Positions 37,325-49,931 of a DNA stretch of 64,000 nt are shown here, in pieces. The position numbers and the translations under genes are program-made. Source of the DNA: Camelus dromedarius (Eukaryota). The first letter of the stretch is position 1; every line of letters begins with the position of its first letter. The notes under the pieces were generated by a model, which made no database searches, was not told where the DNA came from, and was given only the letters and a program-made list of their open reading frames with translations. The DNA is taken from the NCBI RefSeq assembly GCF_036321535.1, contig NC_087445.1, positions 10,170,001 to 10,234,000 on the forward strand, given 5' to 3'.

Positions 37325-38290
37325 AAAAGCAAGACAAAAGATCTGAAGTGACATCTCACTGAAGGAGATGTATAGATGATGATTAAGTATATGCAAAGGT
37401 GCTTGAAATCAGACGTCATTAAAGGATTTCAACTTAAATCGAGATACTACTACGCATCTGTTAAACTGGCTAAAATCCAAAATACTGACAACACCAAAAC
37501 CAAATGAGATGAGGAGTAAGACTGAGTCTTATTCATGTTGACAGGAATACAAAATAGTACATCCACTTTGGAAGACACCACGATTTGACCCTATGACCTA
37601 TGAGCAATCATGCTCATAGGCATTTGCCAAAAGGAGTTGAAAACTATGAACGTGTAAAATCCTGCATTTGGATATTTGGAGGAGCTTTATTTATAATTAC
37701 CAAAACTTCGAAGCAACCAAAGATGTCCCGCAATAAGTTAACGGACATACAAACTGTGGCTCATCCAGAGAGTGTAATAATATTCAGCAATAAAAAGAAA
37801 TGAGCTAGCAAGTCACAGAAGACAATGGAGGAATCTTACATGTATATTAATAAGTGAAAGAAGCAAGTCTGAAAAGGCTGCATACCATATGATTCCAATT
37901 ATATGACAGCTGAAAAAGGCAGGACTAGAGAGACAGGAAAAAGATCAGCAGTGGCCAGGGGTTGGAGCACAGAATTTTAAAGCAGTGAAACTATTCTGTA
38001 TGATAATATAATTGTGGATACATTACACTATATATTTGTCAAACCCAAAGAAATGTAATACACCAAGAATGACCCCTGATAAAAACTGTGGACTTCAGTT
38101 AATAATAATCTATGAATATTGGTTTATTAATTTTAATAAATGTACTAAACCAGTGAAAGATATTAATAATAGACAAAGACTCGGTGGATGAAACATGGGA
38201 GTGGGCTGAGGGGCAGGGATGAGGACCCGTACTTTGTTCAAACTTAATGCTGCTCTAAGAAGTGAGTCGATTAATTAAAAACTAAATAAA
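37325..38290 (+). mobile_element. L1MC/L1MD-type 3' end (ORF2 C-terminus plus 3'UTR)
   Basis: AAAGATCTGAAGTGACATCTCACTGAAGGAGATGTATAGATG..AAGTGAAAGAAGCAAGTCTGAAAAGGCTGCATAC..GCAGTGAAACTATTCTGTATGATA..TGCTCTAAGAAGTGAGTC plus A-rich tail. Confidence 0.85.
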
Positions 38291-38934
38291 AACAAATTTT
38301 ACAATGCAATCATCCTGTTTTTATTGAGAAAAAAAGTATATTTTGTACATAAGAAAATGAAAATTCTACAAGAAATGTCAGCAAATGTATTTTCTCTGAG
38401 CTGTAGGCTTTTGGATGACATTAGCACTTATTTATTTGTACTTATTTATATTTTATTTTATACCATATTAATTTTATAATTGAAAATAAAAATGAGGAAA
38501 TTACATGTAGCTCAATTAATTCATGTTTTCATGCATATCTACATACCTAATATTCTGAAACAAAACGAAAGTATATGCTAATTCCTAAAATTAACTGTTT
38601 TCTGTGTCACAATTAAGTGTCAGTCACTGCACCAACATATACTTATAAACAGTAATAAGAGCTCACAAGACCAAACTCACACTCTCCCTGTGAAACAAGA
38701 CCTCTGAACTCACTTAACACAATATCACAGAAGACTGTTGGGGGCAGGGTTAGATGCAGCGTAGCACTGATGACACAGGGTTATTTAATTCTGGTCAGTG
38801 ACACGGAGGAGCCTTTTGACATGTGATTTTGTGCAAGAGTGATTCACAGCATTCTAGATGAAGGACCTACAGAGACCGTGGGAAATAAGTACTATCTATG
38901 GGAATGTTGAGATGTTTAATGTGATTAGACTTCA

Positions 38935-39075
38935 ACATCAGAGTAATTTTTTAAATGCAGATTCCTGGGGCCATTCAAGAACAAATAAATCGAATTTCAT
39001 AGATAGGTTTTGGGAATCTGCATTCTAATGAAATCTGCAGTAATTCACTCAGTATACAAGTATCATGGAACCATC
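38935..39075. mobile_element. MER5-like hAT-Charlie fragment
   Basis: TTAAATGCAGATTCCTGGGGCC ... GGGAATCTGCATTCTAA internal palindrome typical of MER5. Confidence 0.6.
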
Positions 39076-39116
39076 AAAGTTTTAATCAAAAAACACCAGA
39101 ATTCTGTCCTTATACA

Positions 39117-39400
39117 TGTTAAAGGTGGCTCTCCGACCTTGGTAGCCTAGTAATCAAACCAAAACCTAAGCCAGAATTAATGTCTCCAATCCAAGAAAAT
39201 GAGACTTAAGAACAGCCGATCACAAACAGCCAACTAAGCTTTCTCAAGTAAGGCAAGTGCTTAAGCGAGAGCCGATAAAATTACATCCTTGCTTTACTTC
39301 CAAGTCTTCTCTATAAATAACCTTCTCCCCTAGCTCTTATTGGTGGACATTTTTAATAAACTCTTGAAAGTTTTAATGTGCCTCAGTTTATCTTTTAACT
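39117..39400 (+). mobile_element. ERV1-class solo LTR (MER34/MER39-like), internally deleted
   Basis: TGTTAAAG start, CTATAAAT TATA box, AATAAACTC poly(A) signal, and TTTAATGTGCCTCAGTTTATCTTTTAAC end. Confidence 0.65.
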
Positions 39401-40049
39401 AAATATGTATGTATGTATGTGTGCATACGTCTATGTGTAGTGTGTATGTATGACATTTAAAGAAATGTCAGGTGAATTCAAAAACAATATGACAAGGAAA
39501 GATTGGAGTTTGGAATTCCAGTTAAGTATCTTCAAAATAGGCTGGGTAAGCATTAATGAGAATCAGCATTGGACTGGCAAACACACTCGCCACATCACAA
39601 TTTCTGAGAGCTATGCTAAACCCTGTTCTGATGAGGTAACATTTGAGTCCAATAAAATACAAGCATATACTGTGTAATAAAATATCAGCATTTCTTTTTG
39701 ATTTTTCTCAAATGTAAAACCAAGGATGCACTGCTTACATTAAGAACAGTGGGGGGAAAAGTGAGTTAATAAATAAAGAAGGATGGAAGGGAGCAAAGAA
39801 GAGAGGAAGGAAAGGAAAGACAGAAAAACAGAAAATGGAAGGAAGGAAGCAAAGAATAAGTAAATCAATAAAAAAGCAACATGATAGAGAAGAAAACAAG
39901 CTGGAATAAGCTGTATTCATTGAAATTAAGGGTGTTTCCCCAAAATATAGGACCTCAGTTGATAGTATTTGAGCTCAAAGCACTGTCTACATATCCAGGC
40001 CACTTAGAACTCGGCAAGTGGTATATTGTCTTTCCTTATATTTGCCTAT

Positions 40050-40097
40050 TCTCTCTCTCTCTCACACACACATACACACACACACACACACACACAT
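40050..40097. repeat. (CT)n(CA)n compound microsatellite
   Basis: TCTCTCTCTCTCTCACACACACATACACACACACACACACACACACA. Confidence 0.95.
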
Positions 40098-41039
40098 ACC
40101 CCTAGCTCTCTTTCTTTCACTTCCTCTCTCCCTGCGTTCCCAAAAGCACACCAAGCCCCATCTTGGAGCAGGTCCAATATATTGACTCAAAACTCTTCCC
40201 CTTTTTCTCTCCTGTCTCCACCCCTCCCTGCACACACAATAGTGTTCCATCCAAACAGAAATAGGGAGGAAAAAGATTGATGTAGAAGCAATGGAGTCAT
40301 AGTAGAGGTAAAAGGAAGCCATGAGTAATTTAACAGACTTTGGCAAGGAGATGGGGAAACACTGTTAATAAAATATATATCAGCAGATGCAGTTGAGCAT
40401 TGCATGTATAATGAGCAGGGAGATACACTGAGCCTTTAAGTACTCTCTGAAGTGCTTTCAAGAGCTTGGGAAAACTTGTATTTTATGCAAATCAAAGCTG
40501 TCGATTTAAAATGCATCACCCTCTTAATTTTCACAAATATTAAAGCAAAAGTCATAGTGAAGAAAGCACATTGTCTCTAGGGGAAAAGGGGAGGAACAGT
40601 AATAATAGCATCCTAGTTTATTTTAGGTACAAATGACTTTATAAGGTTCTTCATGTTGCTTTTTGAGAAAAGGGGTGGCCATAAGTATAATGCATATAAA
40701 GGTGAAAATCAGTCTGAAGGAACTGAATAGCTTGCCTATTTCTCTAAAGAGACTTAAGCTCCATTTATTTAGTGGGTAAACATGGATACATTTTTGCAGG
40801 TGACTGCTTCTTTCCAAATGTACAAGGCTTCCCAGGGGCCTTTATGTGAGAACAGAGAAATCCGCTTTAAAATTCCCTTACAAAAGTTTGAAAAGGAGTA
40901 TCTGACAACACATATAGCAAATAAATGTACATGTATATCTAGTGCTATTCATGCTAAAAAGCAACAGATTATTTAATGTCAACACTGTACAGGTTCTCAC
41001 TAGTTTAATGAGTCTAACTCACTGAGTCATGCATGCATG

Positions 41040-41140
41040 TACTCATCTATCCATTTATCCATTTATTCATTCATCCATCCATCCATCTATCCATCAATCT
41101 ATTCAACATTTGTTAAATGCCTGTTATTTCCAGGTCCTAC
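41040..41140 (-). mobile_element. L2 3' tail with (CCAT/TCAT)n expansion
   Basis: CATTCATCCATCCATCC..ATTCAACATTTGTTAAATGCCTGTTATTTCCAGG is the antisense L2 end. Confidence 0.6.
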
Positions 41141-41269
41141 AGAAATGCATCTCAATGCCAAAGACAGAAATGATTAAACTATTTCAGCATATACTATACA
41201 GTGCCATTTTGAAATGCAATATTATCCTCAATCAGTAATACATATATATTTATATATATTTTTATTAGC

Positions 41270-41700
41270 AAAATGTACATCAAGTCCATCCACTTATTTC
41301 CATTCCTACTATGACTACTCTAGGTAAAATTACCAACAGCTGTTACCTATAATAGCCTGACAACTTGTCTATGAATCTTTTTCAGGCTTCTCCCTCCACA
41401 TCCATCCAGTCACTACATTTTTAAACTAACTCTCTGCAAAGCAGCCAGAGCAATAAACATAAGATCTAATTCTGATCATGTCACTTCTCGATGTAAAGCC
41501 ATTCACTTTCTTCCTATTGTATGTTTTTTGTACTTACAACACCCATAATACAATCTTCTAGTGTCAAACACTCATGATTAGGAACTTACAAACTTTATGA
41601 AGGTAACAACTTCTACTTGCTTGGTCATCTCAACTAGGTCCTTGATTAGTGTTACATTTATTTTAAATAATTAGTCCATATGTTTTGACTGAATGAATGG
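41270..41700 (+). mobile_element. L2 3' fragment
   Basis: GCAGCCAGAG..TCTGATCATGTCACTTCTC..AAAGCCATTCA, ending TGTTTTGACTGAATGAATG. Confidence 0.55.
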
Positions 41701-43964
41701 AATATGTAAGAGCAATATTATTATTTTCAATTCAAGATGCTAAAAACGTATGCCCACAGAAAGATAATGGCAGAGTGAGGATTAAAAATCCAAAGATTAT
41801 GGGTTGACTAACAGGGTGGGTTGAAAAGGAAAGAAGACATAAAGGATATGATAAGATGGTAGCACCATTCAGTCAATGTGGAAGATTAGAAGAAAAAAAT
41901 GGGCGGAACTAAAATTAAAAGTTCAGGTTTATATGTTTGTAAGTTATTTAAGTGAAGATGTCAAGTAGTTTCTTGAATGCACAAACAAAGCTGGTAAGAG
42001 AGATCTCCGCCATATATATATAAAACACAAAGATCCATACTAATGTTATTTGACATCATCAAAGTATAGGAGGGAGTTTGCCTAGGAATAAAATACAGAA
42101 AAAGAAGGAAGGAGACCTAAACCCAAAACTACACAACTACACCATATAGACATTAGTGAGAAATGGAGGAGTTATAGTGAAGATTTAGTACAAGTGTTCA
42201 GAAAAATAAGAAGGAAATCTAACAGAAAGAAGTAGTAGGAGGAGAGTTTAGAGAATAGTCAATTATGTCCAGTGTTGATGAATATCACTCAGATAACACA
42301 ACATGTCTCTTATTGATCTGACAGAATGAAGTTATCAATGGTCTTAACCTGATCAGCTTCATTAGTTAGAAGGAGGAAAACATCCTTATTTAAATGAAAG
42401 ATATAATGGCTTGTGATTTGGAGTGGTGTGAAAGAAGCAGAGAGATTACTGATGCCATAGAGTTGAAGTAACCAAAGAATGAAGCCCTTTGGTAATAAAG
42501 ATTAGATGTAAGTGCATTGGCTAGAATATACCAGATGCTCAATGTATGAAAGCTCTCAATCTTGTTATCAGAATGGATAAATATTATTGCAGTAAGTGTT
42601 AAATGTGTATTGTTTTTGGTAAAATGAAATACTCTTCATTATGTTTTTGCTTACCCAAATCATAACAAAATACATGTGACCACTGAATCTCAGATCATGA
42701 TAGTTGAAAAATAAAATACCATTTCACTGACACTCTCCCAACATTTCTAACCAGAGTCTGTTCTGCTACATGTTTCTCCTAAATTGTTCTAGAAATCACA
42801 GACAGATGCTTCTTGAGAGGTCCAAGGACTAACTAATTGTCTTGGATATCAGATGGTGTCTATTTTTCTTCTCTGCTATTTCAGAGGTGTCTCTAATCAA
42901 CACTACATCCAAAATAGTGAACCGTGTGGCCAAAGTTGCCACCTACTGAGAGCACCACTAACACCCCAGAAGCAATGACCAGAGAGTGTTAATCTCTGGT
43001 CCCAGTGCCTAACACTGAACGCAATCAGGGGGGCACAGTTGGTATACCTAACATTGCCAACTACCACTGTAATCACTGCATCCATCATTGCTCATCTCGA
43101 TACCATACTTGCCAGTGCCTTTTCCAATAACCCCAGTAATATTCCCAACGTGCCTTGCACTCAGTGTCTGAGGATTGTTGTAGAGAAGCATTTATCTAGC
43201 TTCTATTTGTCCTTTCATTAACACCTTCTTGCTCTAGTATTCAATTTTGAGTTCAGTGATGCTGGCGCTAGTGATGCTGACAATGTCCCATTCTCACAAG
43301 TATCAATCTTTTCCAAGTGCTCACTTTCTATCACTTACTTTTACTCACTCTTTTTTTTTTTTTTTTTTTTTTTTTGGTTGGGGGGCACTGGAGATGATCA
43401 CTTTGTGATACAAATGAGTTTGTTTCTAGACTAAACCATTCTTATCAGGATTTTCCTAGCATGGGCACAAAATGGGGCCTTGACATACTAATTTATTTTG
43501 CAAAACCATCTGGTGGCAAGGCTAGACTTCTCACATAAAATTTAAGGGAAAGGGGGAGGGATCACATATCCTTTCTGTATACAAATATAAAATATCACTA
43601 CATTAAATTATACAAGCTACCCAGAGTCTAAGTCTATTTCTAAAATAACCCATGAAATCCTAATAAAGCTTCCCCCAAGTCCAAGGTCAGAAAAGCAGTA
43701 TGAAATTCAGGTATGCCCTGACTCACATTTCCTAATTTACTCAATTTTTAAGGTGTTTCCTCTGTTTTGGTCCTTCTTTGAAGTCATGCTGGAGTGTTAG
43801 CACAGGCCTAGTAATCATAGATAGTCAAGTACTTACTTTCCAAAGAGATTGTTTTGACATGTCAGTTGGCAAAGATCCCACATAACGGTGATGACCAGGA
43901 TAATGGTGCTGCACCTAGCACATATTAGGAGCCGCATGTTTAGGAATTGGTATGTGAATGAATG

Positions 43965-44150
43965 ATAATCATTTACATTTGTGTGGAGTACTACAAAGCG
44001 TTCTATTATATATTAACTGGTTTGATTCATAAAACAATCCTGTGAAATGAGTAGGAATTATCAATCCCATTTAATGATGAAGCCTAGAGTGGTTAAAGAA
44101 TTTTCTCAATGACCCACAACTAACAAAATGATTAAACTTGACACTTTCTG
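43965..44150 (-). mobile_element. MIR SINE
   Basis: TTTGATTCATAAAACAATCCTGTGAAATGAGTAGG..ATCCCATTTAATGATGAAG..AGAGTGGTTAAAGAATTTTCTCAATGACCCACAACTA. Confidence 0.65.
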
Positions 44151-44799
44151 GCCCTTTCTCTTTGCCTTTCTATTATCTAATTCTTTCCTAAAGCAGTTTT
44201 TACCTTTTTATTATTTAAATGTATATTTTTTAAGATAACTTTTGTAGCTTTCCCATTGGACTTCGGTGACCAATCCCCATCAATTCTGACTTAAAGCTCT
44301 CCTCGCTTGACTACCCAGACTCTTCTCAAGATGTACTTGCCCTTCAGAAACTGGTCAAGTAAAGTGAATCTGGATTTCTTTCCCAAGAGGATTTTTTCAG
44401 TGTTTTGACTGACAAGTATCAACTTTGCTACTTTGACAAGTACCACTCTTGACAAATCAGTTCTTCTTAAACTGTTGTTTACTGTCAACAGGCTGTTTCA
44501 ATAGGTAGTTTTTATTGCACTAAAAAAGAACAGAGGGGAAAAGCTCAGTGCATGTAAGACGAATAGGAAACAGTGGTTAAATCTATTTTTTCATGCACAG
44601 AAAACCAAAGATCCCTGGTGCATATAATATACTTGGTGAATATGTCACTTAGACATAAACTTCTAAAAAAATCTTCACCTCAATCACAGGAAGAAGCATG
44701 GTAGTTTTCTTAAAACACCAGTCAGTAAGAATGAAAATGTATTTGGTGCTTCAAGTCAAAGACAGGATATACCAAAAAATGCAAGGAATATATTATCCT

Positions 44800-44915
44800 C
44801 ACTAAGGGACCTTGTTAAAATGCAGAATCTCAGCTATCACAATTAAATCTCTTCCATTAGAATCTGTATTTTAACAAGACTCCCCATGCAATTTTGCACA
44901 ACAATGTGAGAAATA
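44800..44915. mobile_element. MER5-like fragment
   Basis: GGGACCTTGTTAAAATGCAGAATCTCAG..AGAATCTGTATTTTAACAAGACTCCCCA. Confidence 0.6.
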
Positions 44916-45184
44916 AGAATCTGGATTCCAGATTCTGGGAAGAAACCTCAGAAATAATCAGTAGGTAATCCATTCTTTGTAACACAAGGTTTTAAAATCA
45001 ATTATTCATTTTATTAATTTATCCTTTCAAATATATTTCAGTTCTTATTTATGCTGATTACAAACATTTATAGTCATACTCTTACTGAACTTTCAAAAAA
45101 ATGGGGTACACAGAACTTGAAGAAAAAAGTAAATGTTTCAAAAGAGAAAATACAGCAAGCTATGAAAGTTATAAAATTGCACTA

Positions 45185-45385
45185 GAGAAGTGATTCTGAA
45201 ATTTGATCATATCTACTAGTCACCCAGAGAGCTTATTAAAGCACAGATTTACATACTTCAGCCCCATCCCCCACACTCCCAGACCTTGTGATTCAGCACA
45301 TCTAGGTTACTGTCTAAGAATTTGCATTTCTATCAAGCTTATCAGTAATGCAGCTGCTGCCAATCCAATGACAATGCTTTGCATA
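45185..45385. mobile_element. MER5A-like element
   Basis: AGTCACCCAGAGAGCTTATTAAAGCACAGATT..GATTCAGCACATCTAGG..AGAATTTGCATTTCTATCAAGCTT..GTAATGCAGCTGCTGC. Confidence 0.6.
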
Positions 45386-48063
45386 TAAGGGATAAGGAGT
45401 ATAACAGTCATTGTTACTAAAGTAAACCTTAAGTGGATGGGAAGCTAAGAAAGTAACTAGGTGAATAGTGTAGTAATGAGAAGCGGAGAGATTTAACAAA
45501 CCTGAGGACTCTGAGGTAAAAGAGGCAAGGGAAAGAAAAAGTAAGAAGAAACCACTAAAGAGAGAAGTAGGGAGGAGTAAGAAAGCCTGATGTAAGAAAG
45601 TAAAATGAGGCAATTGCACGTGGAATATAGAGACCTAAAGAAAGAGATTTAACAAGTTGCAGCAGACAGGAACTCAATCATGAAGGGTTTTGTAATCTAT
45701 TGGGCTAAATTTGGTCTTTAGTATAAGGGCCTGTGTGAAACTCTAACGTGTTCTAAGCATAACAATTAAAGAATCAAGTTTGTAGGTTTTAGTCTTTAGA
45801 CTCTCCTGGTGGAGAATGCATTGACCAGAGCCAAATATGCATACGAGATGAACTATAAAGGGAACATGGCTGTCTCCTGGGAAGAGGTAAGAGTCCTCTA
45901 GTTTAAATTGGGTGGCCCTGACGAGAAACCGCTGAAACTCAGTTGCAGAGCTTTGTGTAGTTTCAGTTTACCCTTATCACACACCCCTCCCAGGTACATG
46001 GCAGTCCTGAAGACAGTGGTCTGAATCTCTGGTGTGGGTTCTTGGTTCTGGGGGAAGCAAAGTAGACCTTATGCCACAGTAATTGTGTTTGTCTGCTCTG
46101 ATCTGCCTGGGGACTCCCTGAAAGATTGATGACAAGGAGCTTGACTTTGTTTTGCCTAAAAGGAAACTCTTTTAGGGTGGAAAAGTAACTTTAGGGAGGA
46201 AGTTCTTCAAAACAATTCAAAGGCAAGCCTCTGCCACCTGGGGAAAGAGATAAAAGTTGGAACAAATAATAGGAAGGCTGAAAGCCTTGGGGGAAATACT
46301 GAGGAGTAAAATACTTTGCCGAATAAGAGCTCTGCAAAGTTCCTGGATATACCAGGAAATTTGGGGAGCCACACACATTCAAAGAGTAGAATGTATGTTC
46401 GACAAAGATGTGAAAGATTGTAATGTTTCAACTGAAATTTAGTTTTAGCACAAGCAGGAAGTAAAAAGGCTGAGGCAGAGTTACAAATGACCTGGCTTAG
46501 CATTGGAGCAGTGTCCCCAAATAGAGCCAGTTAGCAAAGACACATTTTTGTTTCTTGGGTCCAGAAGCTTAAGAAAATCTGTTAAACATGCACTAAAACT
46601 GTGACCACTAGCTAAGTTGACCATAACTTCTGCAATCACACAACAAGTAATATGGTTGTTACAAAAGTAGTTTAGAAAACAAAAACAACTCAGGACAAAT
46701 AATAGCACCTGGGTGTAGGGAGAGTCTGATTTCCATAGATACCACATCATACTATCAAAAATATCCAATTTCAACAAAAAATTATGAACTATTCAAGAAA
46801 CAAGAAAATACGGTCTTTTCGAAGGGACAAAGAGGAATAAAGATGTAAAGGAGTAGATTTTTTCTCTGTTTTTGAAGTGAGGTTGGTATCAATACAAAAT
46901 ACATTATTGTAAATTTATGAGGTGAATTGTAGCCTGCAAGATAATCAAGAAGAAAATAAATTTTAAATGTACAGAAAAGAAAATGATAAGGGAATTAAAA
47001 GTGTACACTATCAAAAATCAATTGAACACAGAGTCAGTAGTGAAAGAATTGAGGAACTAAAAAGATATGCAACATACAAAAACAAATAGTAAAATGGCAG
47101 AAGTAAATTATTTCTTATTTGTAATTACTTTAAATATAAATGTACTAAAATCTCTCATTAAAATACACAGCTTGGCAGAATAGAAAAATTATAGGATCCA
47201 TATACACATGTTTGTCAAGAGACTCATGTTTTACTCAGAGACACAAAAACTCTGGCAGTGAAGGATGAAAAAGGTATTCCATGAAAATAGTAACCAAAAG
47301 AAAGCTTAGATGAATATATTAATATCAGGTCTATGAGAATTTAGGTTGATTATTGCTCAAAGTCAAAGAAGGACATTGTAATTGCAAAAAAGTCAATCCA
47401 TTCCAAATATATAACAACTATGAATGTATACCAGCCTAACACACAATCCATTTTGCCTAAGCAAAAATGGATAGAATTGAAGGAAGAAACAGACAGTTCA
47501 ACAATAATGGTTGGAGACTTCATTAGCCCATTTTCAATAACTGACAGAACAACTAGAGGGAAGAATAACAAGGAAATGAAGATTTGCACAACACTATAAA
47601 CCAATTAGAACTAACAGATACAGAACACTCCACCCAAACACAGAAGAATACATGTTCTCATCAAGTGCATGTGGAGCTTTCCCCAGGATGGACCATATGT
47701 TAAGGCATGTAAGTCTCAATAAAATTAAATAGATAAAAATCATACAAAGTACCTTTTCTGACTAGAGTGAAATGAAACTAGAAACACTGGAAATTTCCAA
47801 AATGCAGAAATTAAGCAACACTCTTAAATAATAAATGGGTCACAGAAGAAATTACAAGAGATATTAGAAAATATTTGAAATGAATGAACAGTAATAAATA
47901 ACATACCAAAATGTACAGGTTAGCATGAAAACCATTCTCAGAGGGAAATTTAGAGTTGCATATGCCTACATTAAAAAAAGAAGTCAAATCAATAACATAC
48001 ATTGCATATTAATGAGCTAGAAAATGAAGAGCAAACTATACCTAAAGCAAGAGGAAGAAAGAA

Positions 48064-48262
48064 CATTTGACCCCCAAACAACATGAGAGTTAGGGCACTC
48101 ACTCGGTGCAGTCCAAATTCTGCATATAACTGTACAGTCAGCCCTTCACATCTGCAGATTTAACCAACCATGCATCATGTAATACTGCAGTATGTATTTA
48201 GAGAAAGAAACCCACATATCAGTGGGCCGATGCAGTTCAAACTAGTGTTCAAGAATCCACTG
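48064..48262. mobile_element. MER8-like MITE nested in L1 ORF2, opposite orientation to the 23856 copy
   Basis: CATTTGACCCCCAAACAAC ... GCAGTTCAAACTAGTGTTCAAGAATCCACTG|TA. The host L1 sequence resumes immediately after it. Confidence 0.75.
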
Positions 48263-49383
48263 TAAATTATCAAGATTAGAGTGGAACCAAATGAAACAGA
48301 GATTATAAATACAATAGAGAATGTCAATAAAACCAAAAGTTGATTCTTTGAAAGAGGTGAATGTATGGACAATTCTTCATCTACATTGACTAAGAAGAAA
48401 GGAGAGAAGACTCAAATTACTAAAATTATAAATAAATATATGTATATTGCTACCAAATATACACACAAAAAAGAATTAAGGGAATATTTTGAACAATTAT
48501 ACATCAACAAAATTGATAACCTAGAGAAGTGAACAAATTCTGAGAAACATACAAAGTACCTAAGCTTTGAATCAAAAAGAAATTAAAATATATGAAGAGA
48601 CTTAAAACAAGTAAAGAGAATAGATCCATAATAAAAACACTTCCAACAAGGAAATTCCAGTACCAAATGGCTTAACTGATAAATTCTATAAAATATTTAA
48701 AGAAAATTAAACCAGTTTTTTCCAAACCCTTTTTTAAAAGTAGAAATAGGCACCCTTTCTAACTCATTCTATAATGCTAGAAATACCCTGATACCATAGC
48801 CAGACAATGATATCACAGGAAAACTATAGATCCACTACCTTATGTGTATAGATGCAAAAATTCTCAACAAAATACTACTAAAACAAATCTAGCAACATAT
48901 AACAATATTTATAAATCATAATGAAATGAAATTTATACAAAAATGCAAGAATGGTTCAACATATGAAAAACAAGGGCACATACCACATGTATAGAAAAAT
49001 AGCTAATTATTAATATTAATTATTAATCAGCTAATAATAGCTGATTATTTCAAGTGGTACAGAAAGTATCTGACAAAATTTAAAACTGTTTCCTGATTTA
49101 AAAATAAATCTTTTAGAAATACAAGGGAATCATGTCATCTTGATTAAGGGCTTAAAAAAATGCACAGCTAACATCATACTCAATGGTTAAAGACTGGAGG
49201 CTTTCAGCCTAAAATAACTAGTAAGACATGATGCCTTTTGCCACTGCTATTACACATTTGAAGTCTCAGCCAGAGGAATTACGCAAAATAAGGTATAAAA
49301 GTCAATACAAATTGGTAGGGAAAAAGTAAAACTTTGTCTATACTTAGATGGTAGGTAGTACAATCTTATATACATCTTATATA

Positions 49384-49419
49384 AATATTTCTTGGCCTTT
49401 TGGCTAAGATCAAGTGTAG
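49384..49419 (+). pseudogene. 3'-truncated U2 snRNA fragment (about nt 1-36)
   Basis: TTCTTGGCCTTTTGGCTAAGATCAAGTGTAG matches U2 nt 6-36 (TTCTCGGCCTTTTGGCTAAGATCAAGTGTAG) with one CpG-type change. Confidence 0.88.
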
Positions 49420-49558
49420 AAAATCCTAAAGAATGCACACACATAAAAAGAATACACCTAATAATGATTTCTTCAAATTTGCAAGATATAGTAAAAATAC
49501 ACAAAAAGCAGTTATGTTTCTCTACATTAACAATAAACAATTTGAAGAGGATATTAAG

Positions 49559-49931
49559 TGGACAGATCCAACAGATGGAAAATCAGTAAGAACACAGTAG
49601 ATCTCAATAACATCATCAATCTGCTAGATTTAATTGACACCTATGGACTGCTTCTTCGACAATAGCAGAATATACATTCTCCTCAAACTCATTTGGAACA
49701 TTCACCAATATAGGCCACATTCTGAGCCATAAAATAGTACCACATTCTGAGCCATAAAATAATGAGTAATTAACAAATTACTCATTCTGTTGGGGGAAGC
49801 TGATAATGGTAGAGGCTACACATGTGTGTGGCAAGGACATTTATAGGAAATCTCTGTACCTTTTCTTCAATTTTTTTGTGGACCTAAAACTGCTCTAAAA
49901 ATTTAAGGCTTCATAAAATAAAAATTGACTA
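49559..49931 (+). mobile_element. Nested L1MC/MD-type insertion: EN fragment fused to the 3' terminus
   Basis: EN-like sequence at 49559-49736 (AGAATATACATTCTCCTCAAAC..GGAACATTCACCAA) and 3' end GGAAATCTCTGTACCTT..CCTAAAACTGCTCTAAAA. Degenerate TSD AGGATATTAAG (49548-49558) / AGGAAATTAAG (49932-49942). Confidence 0.7.

Noticed and set aside
43350..43400. Poly(T) run as the tail of a minus-strand retrocopy
   Set aside because: No TSD and no recognisable body next to it. The same applies to the T run at 33538-33556.
44255..44274. ATTGG-AC-TTCG-GT-GA-CCAAT hairpin with a cUUCGg tetraloop
   Set aside because: Only 7 bp with a bulge, which is expected by chance. The surrounding plus-strand frames all contain stops.
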